Positions 49,855 through 62,224 of a stretch of DNA of 64,000 bases are shown here, in pieces; position 1 is the stretch's first letter; each line of letters starts with the position of its first letter. The DNA lies in assembly GCF_963921235.1 (NCBI RefSeq), contig NC_086108.1, positions 55,368,001 through 55,432,000 of the forward strand, given 5' to 3'. The notes under the pieces are model-generated. The model had not been told where the DNA came from. It saw only the letters and a list, made by a program, of their open reading frames with translations, and did no database searches. This stretch comes from Mobula hypostoma (taxonomy: Eukaryota). Made by a program: the position numbers and the translations under genes.

Positions 49855-50905
49855 CTGGGGTCTAATTGTGGTTTGATTGTGGTTTCCCTTCTACCGTCAT
49901 CAATGATGCCCTCACCCGCATCTCCTCCATTTCCCGCACTTCGGCCCTCACCCCATCTTCCCGCCACCACAACAGGGACAGAGTTCCCCTTGTCCTCACC
50001 TACCACCCCACCAGACTCCGGATCCAGCACATTATCCTCCACAACTTCCGTCACCTTCAACAGGACCCCACCACTAAGCACACCTTTCCCTCTCCCCCCC
50101 CCCTCCGCTTTCCGCAGGGATCGGTCCCTCCGCGACTCCCTTATCCGCATGTCCATCCCCACAGATCTCCCACCCGGCACTTACCCCTGTAAGCGTAAGT
50201 GCTACACCTGTCCCTACACCTCCTTTCTTGCCACCATTCAGGGCCCCAAACAGTCCTTCCAGGTGAGACAACACTTCACTTGTGAGTCTGTTGGGGTCAT
50301 CTATTGCATCCGGTGCTCCCTGTGCGGCCTTCTCTACATCGGTGAAACCCGACGCAGATTGGGGGACCGCTTTGTCGAGCACCTCCATTCCGTCCGCCAC
50401 AACAGACAGGATCTCCCGGTAGCCACGCACTTCAGCTCTGCTTCCCGTTCCCATTCAGATATATCCATACTCGGCCTCCTCTACTGCCATAGTGAGGCTA
50501 AACTCAGATTGGAGGAGCAACACCTCATATACTGTCTAGGTAGTGTCCAGCCCCTTGGTATGAACATAGAATTCTCCAACTTCCGGTAATTCCCTCCATC
50601 TCCCTTACTCTATCCCTATTTCACTCTGCCGCCTCCCCTAGCTGCCTATCACTTCCCTCATGGTTCCGCCTCCTTCTACTACCCATTGTTTTCCTGCCTA
50701 TCACCTCCCTGCTTCCCCTCCCCAACCCCTTTGTCTTTCAAATTACTGGTTTTTCAACTGCACCTACCAGCCTTTTTCCAACCCTCCCCCACCTTCTTTC
50801 TTCAGTCCTGACGAAGGGTTCCGGCCCGAAACGTCGACTCATCGTTTCCACTGATGCTGCCCGATCTGCCGAGTTCCTCCAGCGTGTTGTGAGTGCTGCT
50901 TAGAT
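49855..50905 (+). mobile_element. Relatively young 5'-truncated PLE (linker, GIY-YIG, terminal repeat)
   Basis: ORF 49866-50192 (RDRVPLVLTYHP) shifts in the poly-C at about 50094-50103 into the frame of 49774-50589 (CKRKCYTC..GVIYCIRCSLCGLLYIGETRRRLGDRFVEH..MNIEFSNFR*). Confidence 0.95.
50804..50839 (+). ncRNA. Minimal type-I hammerhead ribozyme, intact
   Basis: AGTC CTGACGA a GGGT tccg GCCC GAAAC GTC^GACT: stem I AGUC/GACU, stem II GGGU/GCCC, complete core, predicted cleavage after 50835. Confidence 0.88.
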
Positions 50906-53341
50906 CAGGGATCCCCAAACGTTTTTGCATCGCGGACCGGTTTAATGTTCACAATGTTCTTGTGGACCGGCTGGGGTGTGGGGTGTGTTAATCACGACGG
51001 AATATAGGTGATAAGTCAACTATAAGTCACTTATAAGTGGCTAATACACTCAATTTCATTTCTAAAAGGGTTTATCTAATGAATTTATTATTAAACACAC
51101 AGTGCATATTTTCTTCCCATGAATATAGTGATAAGTCAATTATAAGTCACTTATAAGTCAATAGCATCATAACATTTTAAGTAACGTTTGGATATTAAAC
51201 ACACAGCGTGTATTTTCCTCATATGAATATATAAAATCATTGCAACACACCAATATCGCTGAATCAGTGGGAGCCCTGGGCTTGTTTCCCTGCAACAAGA
51301 CGGTCCCATCGAGGGGTGATGGGAGACAGCGATACTCGAAGGGGGTTCCTTATGTCCAGTCTATTCCGCATTTTAGTTTTCGTTGCATTCATTGTAGAAA
51401 ACCCTGCTTCGCAGAGATATGATGTTGGAAATGGAAGCAATGTTTTCAGTGCTTTCGTGGCTATCTCAGGATATTCAGCCTTGACTTTGATGCAGAATGC
51501 CGGCAGAGATGTTATGTTAAACATACTTTTCATCCCACCATCATTTGCAAGCTCGAGGAGTTGATCTTCCCGCGCTGACATAGATGATTCACTGGGGACA
51601 TTCACAAGTGGGTCACGGACCCATTCCATTGCACGTCTTGGGTCATTTGCGGTTGGGAAGTTACGCTCGAATTCTGTCAACAGCGAAGTTAGGTGGTCGC
51701 GCACCAGCTGTGAGAAGGACGGTGCAGCCTCAGTCTCTCCCAAAATCCCAGCTAATGTTGGGAACATGTCAAATATGCCCCTGTCCATTCACTGTCCCCA
51801 CAGTTCCAGTTTGGCTTTGAAAACAGACACTTTATCTGCCAACTTGAAGACAGTTGTCATTCTCCCCTGAAGTGACAAATTGAGTTCATTGAGCATGTTG
51901 AAGATGTCACACAGATAAGCGAGTTTTGCTATCCACTCCTCGTCACTGAAGTGTGCTGCCAGTGGTGACTTTTTTCCTGAAAGAAATCTCTGTAGCTGCT
52001 CTCTTAACTCAAAAACCCTGGCCAGGGCTCTGCCCCTTGATAGCCACCTGACTTCAGTGTACAAGAGAAGGCGTTTGTGCTCTGCATCCATTTCCTCGCA
52101 AAGCTGCTCAAACAGATGTGAGTTAAGGGCTTTTGCTTTGATGTGATTGATAACTTCAACAACGTCACTCAATACGCTGTGAAGATCAGGTGACATTTTT
52201 CAGCTAGCCTGCATTTCCCTGTGTGTAACACAGTGCGTAGACTGGCATTCAGGAACAACCTCTTTGACTCGGGTAATGAAACCAGACAGCCGTCCAGTCA
52301 TAGCTGCAGCCCGTCTGTGCATATTCCAACTCAAAATGACCAGTCCAGTTTGCCTGACGTGTAGTCATTCAAAGACTTGAATAGTTCTGCCCCAGTTGTG
52401 TTCATTGGCAGCGGCAGTGCACACAACATATCCTCATGCACATTGTCTTGAAATATATATCGCACATAAACCAGCAGTATTGCCTTGTTGTCGATATCGG
52501 TAGTCTCATCGACCTGGATAGCATACCGTGGTGACTCGTTAAGCCGTTCCAACAGCTGTGCTTCGATGTCCTCCGCTATGTCATTAATTCTCCTTGAAAC
52601 TGTGGTAGCTGAAAGAGAAACCTGTGCCATCTTGTTAGCTGCAGCTTCTCCCAACAGTTCACGGCAAATGTCCTTGGCAGCAGGCAGAATCAATTCTTCA
52701 CCAACTGTGAAAGGCTTCTTAGCCTTAGCAATACGGCTAACCACTAAGTACGACGCTCACAGAGCAGCAGCATTTGTGGAGGTGGTGGCTCTCTGCACTT
52801 GCTTCTGTCCCGCTTGCTGACGTTTTTCCCGCTCAAAAAACTCAATGGGTTTTCATTACGTTCAGGGTGCTTGGACTCAAGGTGCCAAAGCAGATTTGAG
52901 GGCCTCATTGCCTCATTAGACAGCTTGTCTCCACATATCACACACAGGGGGCTTGGAGCGTGCGAGTCACCAGTCACAATAAAGCCATATTTTATGTACA
53001 ACTCGTCGTATTTTCTGTTGAAGGAAGCTTTCGATTTTTTTGCAGTCTCGGCCTCAGCTGTCTCTGCGTGATCATAATCGTTAGCCTTTTATGTCCCCTA
53101 CCATGTCTTCCAAAGAAACTCTGAAGCGATGTTTATTTTTTACTCATCGAGTAGTTTTAGGTTATACCGACTGATGACCTCGCGTGTGTTCAAGTTCAAC
53201 AGTGGGCATGACAGGGAATGAGGAAAGGTGCAGCTGACTCGTATCGTTTCATATCGCCAAATCATATCGTTTCCTCGCAGCACGGTAGCACATGCTTTGC
53301 GGCCCGGTACCAGTCCGCAGCCCGATGGTTGGGGACCACTG
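50906..53341 (-). mobile_element. Full-length hAT (Charlie/Buster) transposon with frameshifted transposase
   Basis: TIRs CAGGGATCCCCAA / TTGGGGACCACTG; flanks gcttagat / ctttagat; minus ORFs 52744-53001 (BED finger CVICG..HLESKH), 52331-52744 (YAIQVDETTDI), 51789-52196 (TEVRWLSRG), 51264-51788 (SYLCEAGFS..KQAQGSH*). Confidence 0.96.
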
Positions 53342-53885
53342 CTTTAGATGACACACTGAATCTTTGCAAACTTCTAAGAAAGTAGAGGCACTGACAAATC
53401 ATCTGTCTGACGACACTTGCGTACTGAACCCAGGACAGACCTTTTGACAGAAGGATTTAAAGGCATTGACCTTCTCCACCTCTGACCCCTTGATGAGGAC
53501 TTGCTCATGGACTTCCGCTTTCCTCCTCCTGCAGTCAATAATCAGCTCTTTTTTTTTTGCTGACGTTGTATGTGAGGTTGTGGCACCATTCAGCCAAATT
53601 TTCAACCTCCCTCCTTTGATTCGTCAACAACAGTGGTGCCCTCAGCTACCTTAAGTATGGTATTGGAGCTGAACTTAGCCTCACAGTCATAGTCATACTT
53701 TGAGTAGAGCCGGAGGCTGAGCACACAGCCTTTGCCAGTGGCGATTATAGAGGAGATGATACCAATCTGAACTTACTGGGGTCTACAAATGAAGAAATCG
53801 AGGCTCCAGTGGGGCACAAAGATGTATCAAAGCCTAGGTTTTGGAGCTTATTGATTGGCTTTGTGGGGATGATGGTTTTGATTTC
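53342..53885 (-). mobile_element. Rex1/Babar continuation
   Basis: ORF 53399-53605 (KKELIIDCRR); resumes the sequence broken at 49854. Confidence 0.8.
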
Positions 53886-54528
53886 AGAGTTCTAGTTTAA
53901 GACTATTGAATGCTACAATAAGGTGAAATCTTGACCTCCCATCCTACTTCATTATGGGTTTAAGCCTTGTCTACCTCCAGTGCAATTTCTCTCCAACTAC
54001 CATTTTCTTCTGCATTCTGTTATTATTTTCATTTGTACTATCTCAATACAGTGTTGTAATGAAATGGTCTCTATGGCTGGCTTGCAAAACCAAGTTTGTC
54101 ACTGCACCCTTGTACATCTGATAAGAACAAACTAATTTACTGATTTTTATTCTAATCCCTCTAGGTTTCCACAGTCAGAGCAATATGAAAAGTTGTATTG
54201 TTTAAGGAAAACAATATGCCACTTCACAATTTCTGTTTGTAAACATTTCCAATAATTGCACTATTAAAGAGTTAATACTTATTGAAACAATGATCACGTT
54301 AGATAATAAATCATTTATATATTCCCCACAAATCATTCAAATTAGATTTATGATAATTTTTAATGTACAAATTATCATTTAAACAAATCAAAACATTTAA
54401 ACTAATGTGTATTTCACAATTTGATGAAATGAATATTTGTGACTTGGGTGTTTCATGTATTTTTGCCCATCACTAGTGATCCTGAAAAGAGTGTAGGTAA
54501 GTGGTTTGTTTAAGCATTGAAATGGATA

Positions 54529-55647
54529 CAGTGGATTCTGGTTAGTGGAATGCATGGGGACTAGTAGATTTTGACGCAGTTAAGCAACTGCCCCAATTAG
54601 CCAAAGTTTCATGGAAATAGATAAAATGATATATGTTAAAAAAAGACAAACTACCGCTGAACTCAGTAACAAATTATGTATCTGACTAGACAAATAAACA
54701 AACTAGAACACTACTGATGTTACTAGTGGTTGTCCGTCATATCCATTGAAGACAGGAAAACTGTGTTGGGTAATTTTTTAAAGAGGAAAAGATGACACTG
54801 AGGCAGTTCTACTCTTTTGACCTCAGATGTCCTGGTCAGTTGGGACAAGTAGTCGGCACAACTGGTGTCTTCCCTGGTTGCAGTAAATGATCATGACTAC
54901 TTCTGTACCTCTTAATGCATGTCACTCTCTATGTAGTGTTGCAGAACTGCCATCCTGGCCGTTGGATCTCAGCGTAGATCTCATCTGCCCAGTCTTCTGG
55001 AGCTGACTTTGCTTACTAGGCCAGGCATGCCCCCATTTTGCCAGGGTATGAGACCTGCTGGCTTCACTCATGTGGTTTCGCCTACCTGTCAAAATGGTGT
55101 ATGAGAGTGTGGACGCTGTTGTGTGCAGTCGGCTACTTGGAGCCACGGCTTTGAGCTGAGGGTCTGGGTGGGGTTCAAAGTTAACAATCAAGATGCTTGT
55201 TAATACCTTCAAATTCTTTGTAGTCCCAAACTTGGTGAAGTAGTGAAATACTTTCATTTTTTCTCCTGGTTGTTTCTGTCATTTCCAAGTCTGAATGCTT
55301 GAAACTGCAGTGAGTAATACAGTTCTGAATTGTCTCACTGCTTACCTCTCACAGACGATTAGTGACAAAAATCACTGCTTTTTGAACACACACCTGCAAC
55401 TGATGCTATTTTAAAAACTGTTTGTTCTAAGCACAGTGCAGTGTCTAATGGCTACACTATGTGCATGTGACTGATGCTAGAAAGTGTTCAGCAACAGCTT
55501 CCTGTCCTAATTAAAGTGGCATATTGTCCCAGATAAGCAAAGGGAAACCTGGCTATTTTCTCAATTTGTTTTTGTTTTTTTTAAAGAGTTGTCCCAAATA
55601 AGCTGTGGCCCCGATTAACCAATGGCCCAATTAACTGGAATCCATTG
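54529..55647. mobile_element. Non-autonomous pogo/Tigger-like element, second copy, with unrelated insert at about 54725-55175
   Basis: TA|cagtggattctggtta ... ttaactggaatccattg|TA; reverse-complement similarity to 21520-21969 and 23610-23983. Confidence 0.85.
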
Positions 55648-56499
55648 TATCTGCTGAAGCAGGTAAAGTGAACAGTTTTGACAACCATTAGTCTTTCCTG
55701 GTTTATTTTTTGTTCCTGTGAACCAGCACAGACTCAGTGCAGTAAAAAATGACCTACATTTATCCTGGACCTTTACAAATTCTTCATTGATAACTAGTAC
55801 TGAACTTATGAACTCATCTTTTCAAACCTTTTCTCTATTTTTGTGTAAGTTGCTTGTTGAATAATTAGCCTTTTTTGGTGGTATTCGTTGCAGGCATTCC
55901 TGTTATCATCATTGTGGGAAGATTTAAAGGTTATGCATTGAATTATAATTCAAAAAAATTGATCCTTCCATGTGTCATAGTTTGTGCTAATGCATTTCCA
56001 TGGTTAGATAATTTGTAGCTTTTTCACTTAAAGTTGGACCGAAGCTAGGTTTGTGACTCAGTTCAGTATCAATAATGTAGGAGATAATACATCAATTACA
56101 TATTAATGTGCTTATGTAGTGCAGAAAGAGTGGCTAGATAAATTATCACCAATTCATGGACTCGAAAATTCCATGCTGTTTCTGACATTTCTGGGCCTAA
56201 CATTGCTAATTTGTTTGACTGCCCACATGTGGGCCCTGAACTCCAATTTTCTCCTTCAAAAGCTCTGGCCAAATTGCCGTGATATTTGCTGTTTATTCAC
56301 CAGCCTTCTTGCTGCATTTTAAGCTGATGACACAGCAACCTTTATCTTTGTGTTACATAGGAAACACAATGTCACTATGGAAGAATACAAATGTAGGTGT
56401 AGCTGCTCAGATTACCCAAGGCAAGATCCTGTTAGAGGCTGCTTTATACTGAAAGGTTGAGTGGTATTTACGGCAGCAGGGAATGTGTATGTGCAGTTG

Positions 56500-56870
56500 T
56501 CAGAACCAGGTTTACTATCACCAACTTATATTATGAAGTTTGTTGTTTTGCAGCAACAGTATGTTACTATGTTATAAAATAAATAGTACAAAGGCAAATA
56601 ATGAGGTAGTTTTCATGGACTGTCCAGAAATCTAATGGCAGAGGGGAAGAAAGTATTCCAAAAACAATGGGCGTGTGTCTTCGGGCTCCTGTACATCTTC
56701 AGTCATGGTAGAAACATGAAGAAGCTGTGTTCGGATTGCTGAGGGTCTTTAATGAAGGATGCTGCCTTCTTGATGCACCACCTCTTAAAGATGTTCTTTT
56801 TGTTGGGGTGTATTGTGTTGTCACGGAGCTGGTGGAGGCAACAACTCTCGGTGTCCTCTAGCAATCCTAT
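56500..56870 (-). mobile_element. Rex1/Babar 3' tail
   Basis: tcagaaccaggtttactatcacc; atggcagaggggaagaa. Confidence 0.75.
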
Positions 56871-57959
56871 ATATTTGAGGCAGGCTGGCTAACCCACTGA
56901 ATACATTCAGAGTTTCCTCTATTTCAGAGTTGTATCGTCTGAAATTTTAACTGTCTCATTTAATTTAACGTGTTGAAAAGTGTTTGCCTCCACTCAAGTT
57001 GCACTCTGGAAGGTGATAAGTGGAGACTCAAGAAGCTCGTGCTTACTCCCATTCTCCCCTGTCCCTTTCCCTCTCTGGACGCCGCTAGCCACTTAGAGAT
57101 TTGTTTTGGAAGCTGACAAGGCAATCTCTTAAATGGCCCACTGCTGTGAGGCAGCAGCTGTTGTATCATCATAACTGTTGAATAAAACAACATCTCCTAG
57201 GAACCCACTTCCACTTACAACATGGGATACAATGGGGAAAAAGAAGAATTGTGATACAGACAGTTTTATAGTAATACGGTTCTTGGCAACACCAGGCGTT
57301 GCCTCTTCTAAAACCTGATAGCACTAGTGAAGTTAAAAGAATTCACACTGCTGTTTTTTATTTATATGTTGTAGTTGCAGAGTTAGGTGGAAACTGTTCT
57401 ATTTTGTCTCCTGTTCTGCAAATTTTTGCTTAATATCATTATTTCAAAAATTATGTTGATTCCAGGAAAAATAAGAAAGTGTTAAATACTCTTGTAGATA
57501 CTGAAATCATTTTGTTCCTCTTTCATTCTTTGAAAGGCTAGGTGCCGACTGTCGACCAGATTTCTTCCTTTTTCTCCTGAGGGTTTTGATTTTTAAATGT
57601 TCTTGTGTGGGGATGCCCACATTTTTTTGTGCCTCCAGCACTTTGTGGTTGAAAACAGTTAACTCGGTGTGGCAAATTTTGGTCACTAATATCATGTTTT
57701 GAGTGATAATCCAGATTCTTTACGTAGAGCTTTGTTTTAATTCAACGATTTATACAAGTTTTAATCAAGGCTATAAATACTATTTCAGCAGTTTTAAGTA
57801 CTTTAACCAGAGCAACTTGTAATTACAATAGATCAATATAAAGTAATATAATTTATTGAACAAATGTCTTGATTGTATTATTTTTTAATACTGATTCATG
57901 AAACCAGTTGAATGTCATGCCATGTGAAATGCGTCATGGTATAAATGTGATGGGAAATG

Positions 57960-58122
57960 GCATAGCTTTCTTTAGCTTTTAAGATACTTTTGGATAAGTA
58001 CATGGAGCTTAGAAAAATAGAGGGCTATAGGTAAGCCTAGTAATTTCTAAGGTAGGGACGTGCTTGGCACAACTTTGTGGGCTGAAGGGCCTGTACTGTG
58101 CTGTAGGTTTTCTATGTTTCTG
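57960..58122 (+). mobile_element. CR1 3' tail
   Basis: Reverse complement of 7921-8075. Confidence 0.9.
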
Positions 58123-58769
58123 AATTTGCCATGCATGTTTATTCTCATGCACTAGCAAATTGACACAGAATTACAAACAACCAAACCATGATTTACTGCT
58201 GTTTGATGAGAGATGAAAGCAAAGATTCATTCTAAAGTGAAACTTAAATCCCTTGCATATAGTGGACTCCTTTTATTCCTAAAAGTTTCAAATATTTATC
58301 TCCTCTTTAGAATGGTAACGAATTCCCAGAACATGGTCTTAGCAAATCTTATACTTCTTCTGGAACCACGCTTGGAGTGGATTTACGAAGAGGGAGAAGA
58401 AGATTCTCTGGTAATCTTCAGTTGCCACCATTGGCTTGGAGGCAGGGGGAAAGAGCGAAAACTCCAGAAAGAGACAGCATACCAAGGCCGACCACTTTGC
58501 CATTGCAAACCCCTCCACGGATAGCTATTACACCTGTGGACCAAGATTGGTAAGGCTATAACCTGAATTTACAGTATGGAATTTAACTGTGACATGCTTA
58601 TGGTGGATAAATGTTTCTGATTGGATAAGTGAAGGCAAGATGGAGATGTAGGAAGGTGGAATAGACTATTAGGTCCAGAAAGGTGGCCGGGGTGCCGGGG
58701 GGGGGGGGGTGGGGAGATGAGGCTATAGTAAAGAAATTGACAAGGGAGAACATGCAGTTATTCTTATCC

Positions 58770-59490
58770 ACCAAAATTCAAAGTAATTTTATTATCAAAG
58801 TACATGTATATCACCATATGCAGTACATCCCTGAGATTCGTTTTCTTGCAGGCATACATGGTATATCCAAGAAACACAACAGAGTCAGTGCAAGACTGAA
58901 CCTAACAAGATGGACAAACAACCAGTATGCAAAACACAACAAACTGTGCAAATACAAAAGAGAGAAATAAGAATGATAGCTAAGTAAATAAACAATAAAT
59001 ATCGAGAACATGAGATGGAGTCCTTGAAAGTGAGTCTACAGGTTGTGGGAACAGTTCAGTGATGGGGGAAGTGAAGTTGAGTGAAGTTATTCCTGCTGGT
59101 TGAGAGGTAATACCTGTTCCTGAACCTGGTGGTGTGGGTCCTGAGGCTTTTGTAACTTTTTCCTTATGGTGGCAGCTGCGAGAAGAGAGCATGTCTGGGT
59201 GATGGGGATCCCTGATGATGGATGCCGCTTTCCTGCGATAGTGCTCTGTGTAGGTGTGCTCAATGGTGAGAAGGAGTTTACCTGTGATGGATTGGGCTGT
59301 ATTCACTTCTCTTTGTAGGCTTTTCTGTTCAAGGGCATTGGTGTTTCCATACCGTGCTGTAAAACAACCAGTCAATATACTCTCCACCACAAACCAAAAG
59401 AAATTTGTCAAAGTTTTAGATGTCATGCCGAATCTTCACAAACTTCTAAGGAAGTAGAGGCACTGCCATGCTTCATAATGGCACTTACAT
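58770..59490 (-). mobile_element. Rex1/Babar 3' fragment
   Basis: ORF 58980-59426 (VESILTGCFTARYGN..KAASIIRDPHHP). Confidence 0.88.
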
Positions 59491-59914
59491 GCTTCGTGTG
59501 GCCAGCAGCATCAATGTGCTCACCCTGCTCCTCTGTTTCAGAATTCATGTGAAACTTTGCTCTCCAGGAATCCGGGCACTTTGCTCCCTTTGTACCCCGT
59601 CCTAGCTACTGGCTGTTGTTTATTGTATTGCCAAAATTAGGCACCGGCAATCCCTTGCATGACAGGTAGGTTGCATTCTGACAAAAAGGTGCACGTTGTG
59701 ATTTTCCATAATTCAAAGCTGCGTCATCTGCATGTGTTAAGAAATGCAATTTGAAAAAAAATGTTTAATTACTTCAAATAAATCCTGTATGAATTAATTT
59801 TTGGGTACTGATTTATGGAATTTGTAATGGGAAATTTTAGTACCCAGAATGGCTATTTTGCAAGGTTGCCTGTACTTGGGTTTTAGATAAAAGCAAGATG
59901 CAAATTTGCAAAGA

Positions 59915-60600
59915 GGACTCAAGATCAAGATTCAAGATTATTATCCTTCTGTACATGAGTGTAAAGGAAAATGAAATGATTGTTACTTTGGATCTGGTGC
60001 AGCTTTAAAAAGTCATTAAGCATAATGAACACAAAAAGGAAAAAGGATGCAATAAAATAAAAAAAATCCTATAAAACATAATGTACAAGTAATTGTTCGT
60101 CTGTTGCTGTGTGTACATAAAAGTAGTTTACAATATGTAAATAGACTGATTGTATGTTCATAAAGTGATGCTAGGTAATGGTGGTGGGAGTGGAGGGATG
60201 TGTTAATGGAGGTGCTGATCAGCCTGACAGCTTGGGGGAAGAAGCTGTTTTTGAATCGAGTGGTCCTAACATGGCTGCTTTGAAGCCTCTTTCCTGGTGG
60301 GAGTGGGACATACAGTCCATAAGCAGGGTGTGTGGGGATGCCTCATGATATTGCTTGTCTTTTTCTAGCACTTTTCTTTATATGTCCAAGATGGCAGGTA
60401 GCTTGGTGCAAGTGATGTGTTGGGCAGTTTTAACCAGCTGTTGTAAGCCCTTTTGTCTGCCACAGTACTGCATGTAAGATACCCTCAGCTGCGCATCTGT
60501 AGAAGACCGTGAGAATTGATGTGCATAGTTCAGCTCTCATTAGCCTCCTCTGAATGTAGTGGCAGTGGTGAGTTTTGTTACCTTTCTTAGGCAGCAGGAG
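59915..60600 (-). mobile_element. Rex1/Babar 3' fragment, older
   Basis: (tcaagat)n tail; ILTVFYRCAAEGIL in ORF 60430-60612. Confidence 0.7.
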
Positions 60601-61662
60601 AATGAAGGGCACATATATACACCATCTACAGATTGAAAAGCAGGAGAGTAAGTGTAAGATTTAAGCAGAACGAACCACGAGTTGTGCTGCTGGTTGTTAA
60701 CTAAGCAAAGGCAACTTTAAAGCAACCGAGTTTGATTCAGTCTATTTGGGCAGGTTGCTTGATTTACAACTAAATCCCTATTGGAATCTCCAGCTGCCAG
60801 TTGCATGTCATCTCCTCCTGAAAGAAAGGTAGGTGTCAATGCCATAGAGTGTATTTGGATGATGCAGTTGAAATGTGTGTGAGAGATATAGGTGTGGGAT
60901 TTGCAAGAATGCTAAATGTGAGGGTTAAGTGAAGGATCTGATGATTCTGGTTAGAAATCTTTCAGTCACGTCAGGAGATTCTTACTACAGCATGTTGAGA
61001 TGTGTTATTATTTCACTCCTCTTATAGTAGAAGACAAATGGTTTCCCTGTGTTTACACAAATTTCTTTATTTGCATACCTTACTTCAAGGTAAACCACCA
61101 TGTCAGTAACTAAATTAATTATTTTTACCTTCCCAGGTATCTAATATGCAGGAAAAAATACATATTAAAACAGACTTGAGCTACAGCCCTGGAAACCCTT
61201 TCTCCGGGATATGTAATTTAACTGTTAACGTTTCATTTATCACTTACCCAACAGCCTAGATTATTCACTCAAGGCACAGTGAACTTGATACCCTCCATGA
61301 AGGACATTTACTGGGCAGCATTTGCCAAGTTCCTGTACAACACTGAGACATAAAGACTCGTGGTTAATGATCCTTAGTCATCTGATAGTCTTTATTTCTT
61401 GTCTTTCTTACTAAGCTGGGTCATATTATGATCTTGGTTTTCATGAACACGAATCAATTTTTCCTTACTGTGCAGCAATTATCTGCATTTGATAATTTTG
61501 GCCAAAGCAGTCCAAGAGTTGTTTTGGATTTTTTCTTTATTAAGCTCCAATTAATTCTTGCAATTTTAAACCATGCTTACAGCATTCACCAGCATAGCAT
61601 ATATGGCAAGAACAAAACTAACCAAAATCAAACAAACTAACATGAATGCACATGGCTCTATA

Positions 61663-61829
61663 GGGCTGGCCAGTGGTGTAGTGGCGTCAACACTGAACTG
61701 AGCAGATGGTCATGAATTTGAATCCGACTGGGTCCCAACCTGGACAGTAGCAATATCTGCGTGGAACCGCTATGGACCCTATCCATAGGGTCGCCCTGAG
61801 TTGACAATGACTCATAGCACTCAACAACA
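61663..61829 (+). mobile_element. tRNA-headed SINE with RTE-type (caa)n tail and 13-bp TSD
   Basis: TSD acatggctctata at 61650-61662 and 61830-61842; A box tggtgtagtgg, decayed B box gaatttgaatcc; tail gggtcgccctgagttgacaatgactcatagcactcaacaaca. Confidence 0.85.
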
Positions 61830-62224
61830 ACATGGCTCTATAAGCTTAAATGTTATGACAAATCAATAATTGCACAGGAATTGGCAGATTTCATTACTCT
61901 GAGTCCATGCACTCTTTTTCATCTTGAAGGTCCTGACCCAATGTAGGGTTTGATCAGGGCTTGTTACAATTTGATTCATATCTTGCTCAGCCACTTGCCT
62001 GGTTTTAGCTGGCACCAAATAGTCTCTTTCGTTATAAGTTTCCGATTCTGTGGCACACTGTTAAATGTTTTATTGGCATAATTAATTGTCATTCTGGATT
62101 AGCTAGACTTAATGACGGCCAAGTCTACCAAAGCATCTACATTTGTTTAGCTTCCCCCTTGGGCATTTCTCCATCTTTCATGGAGTATGTGTATCATTCA
62201 TTTTCTCCTGTATTTATTCAGAAG

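Noticed and set aside
49774..50589. Longest ORF (271 aa) as a novel gene
   Set aside because: Chimeric: antisense Rex1 plus an off-frame PLE linker fused by a poly-C frameshift to the PLE GIY-YIG domain.
51264..53001. Domesticated ZBED/SCAND3 host gene
   Set aside because: Has TIRs, a TSD and frameshifts; it is a transposon copy.
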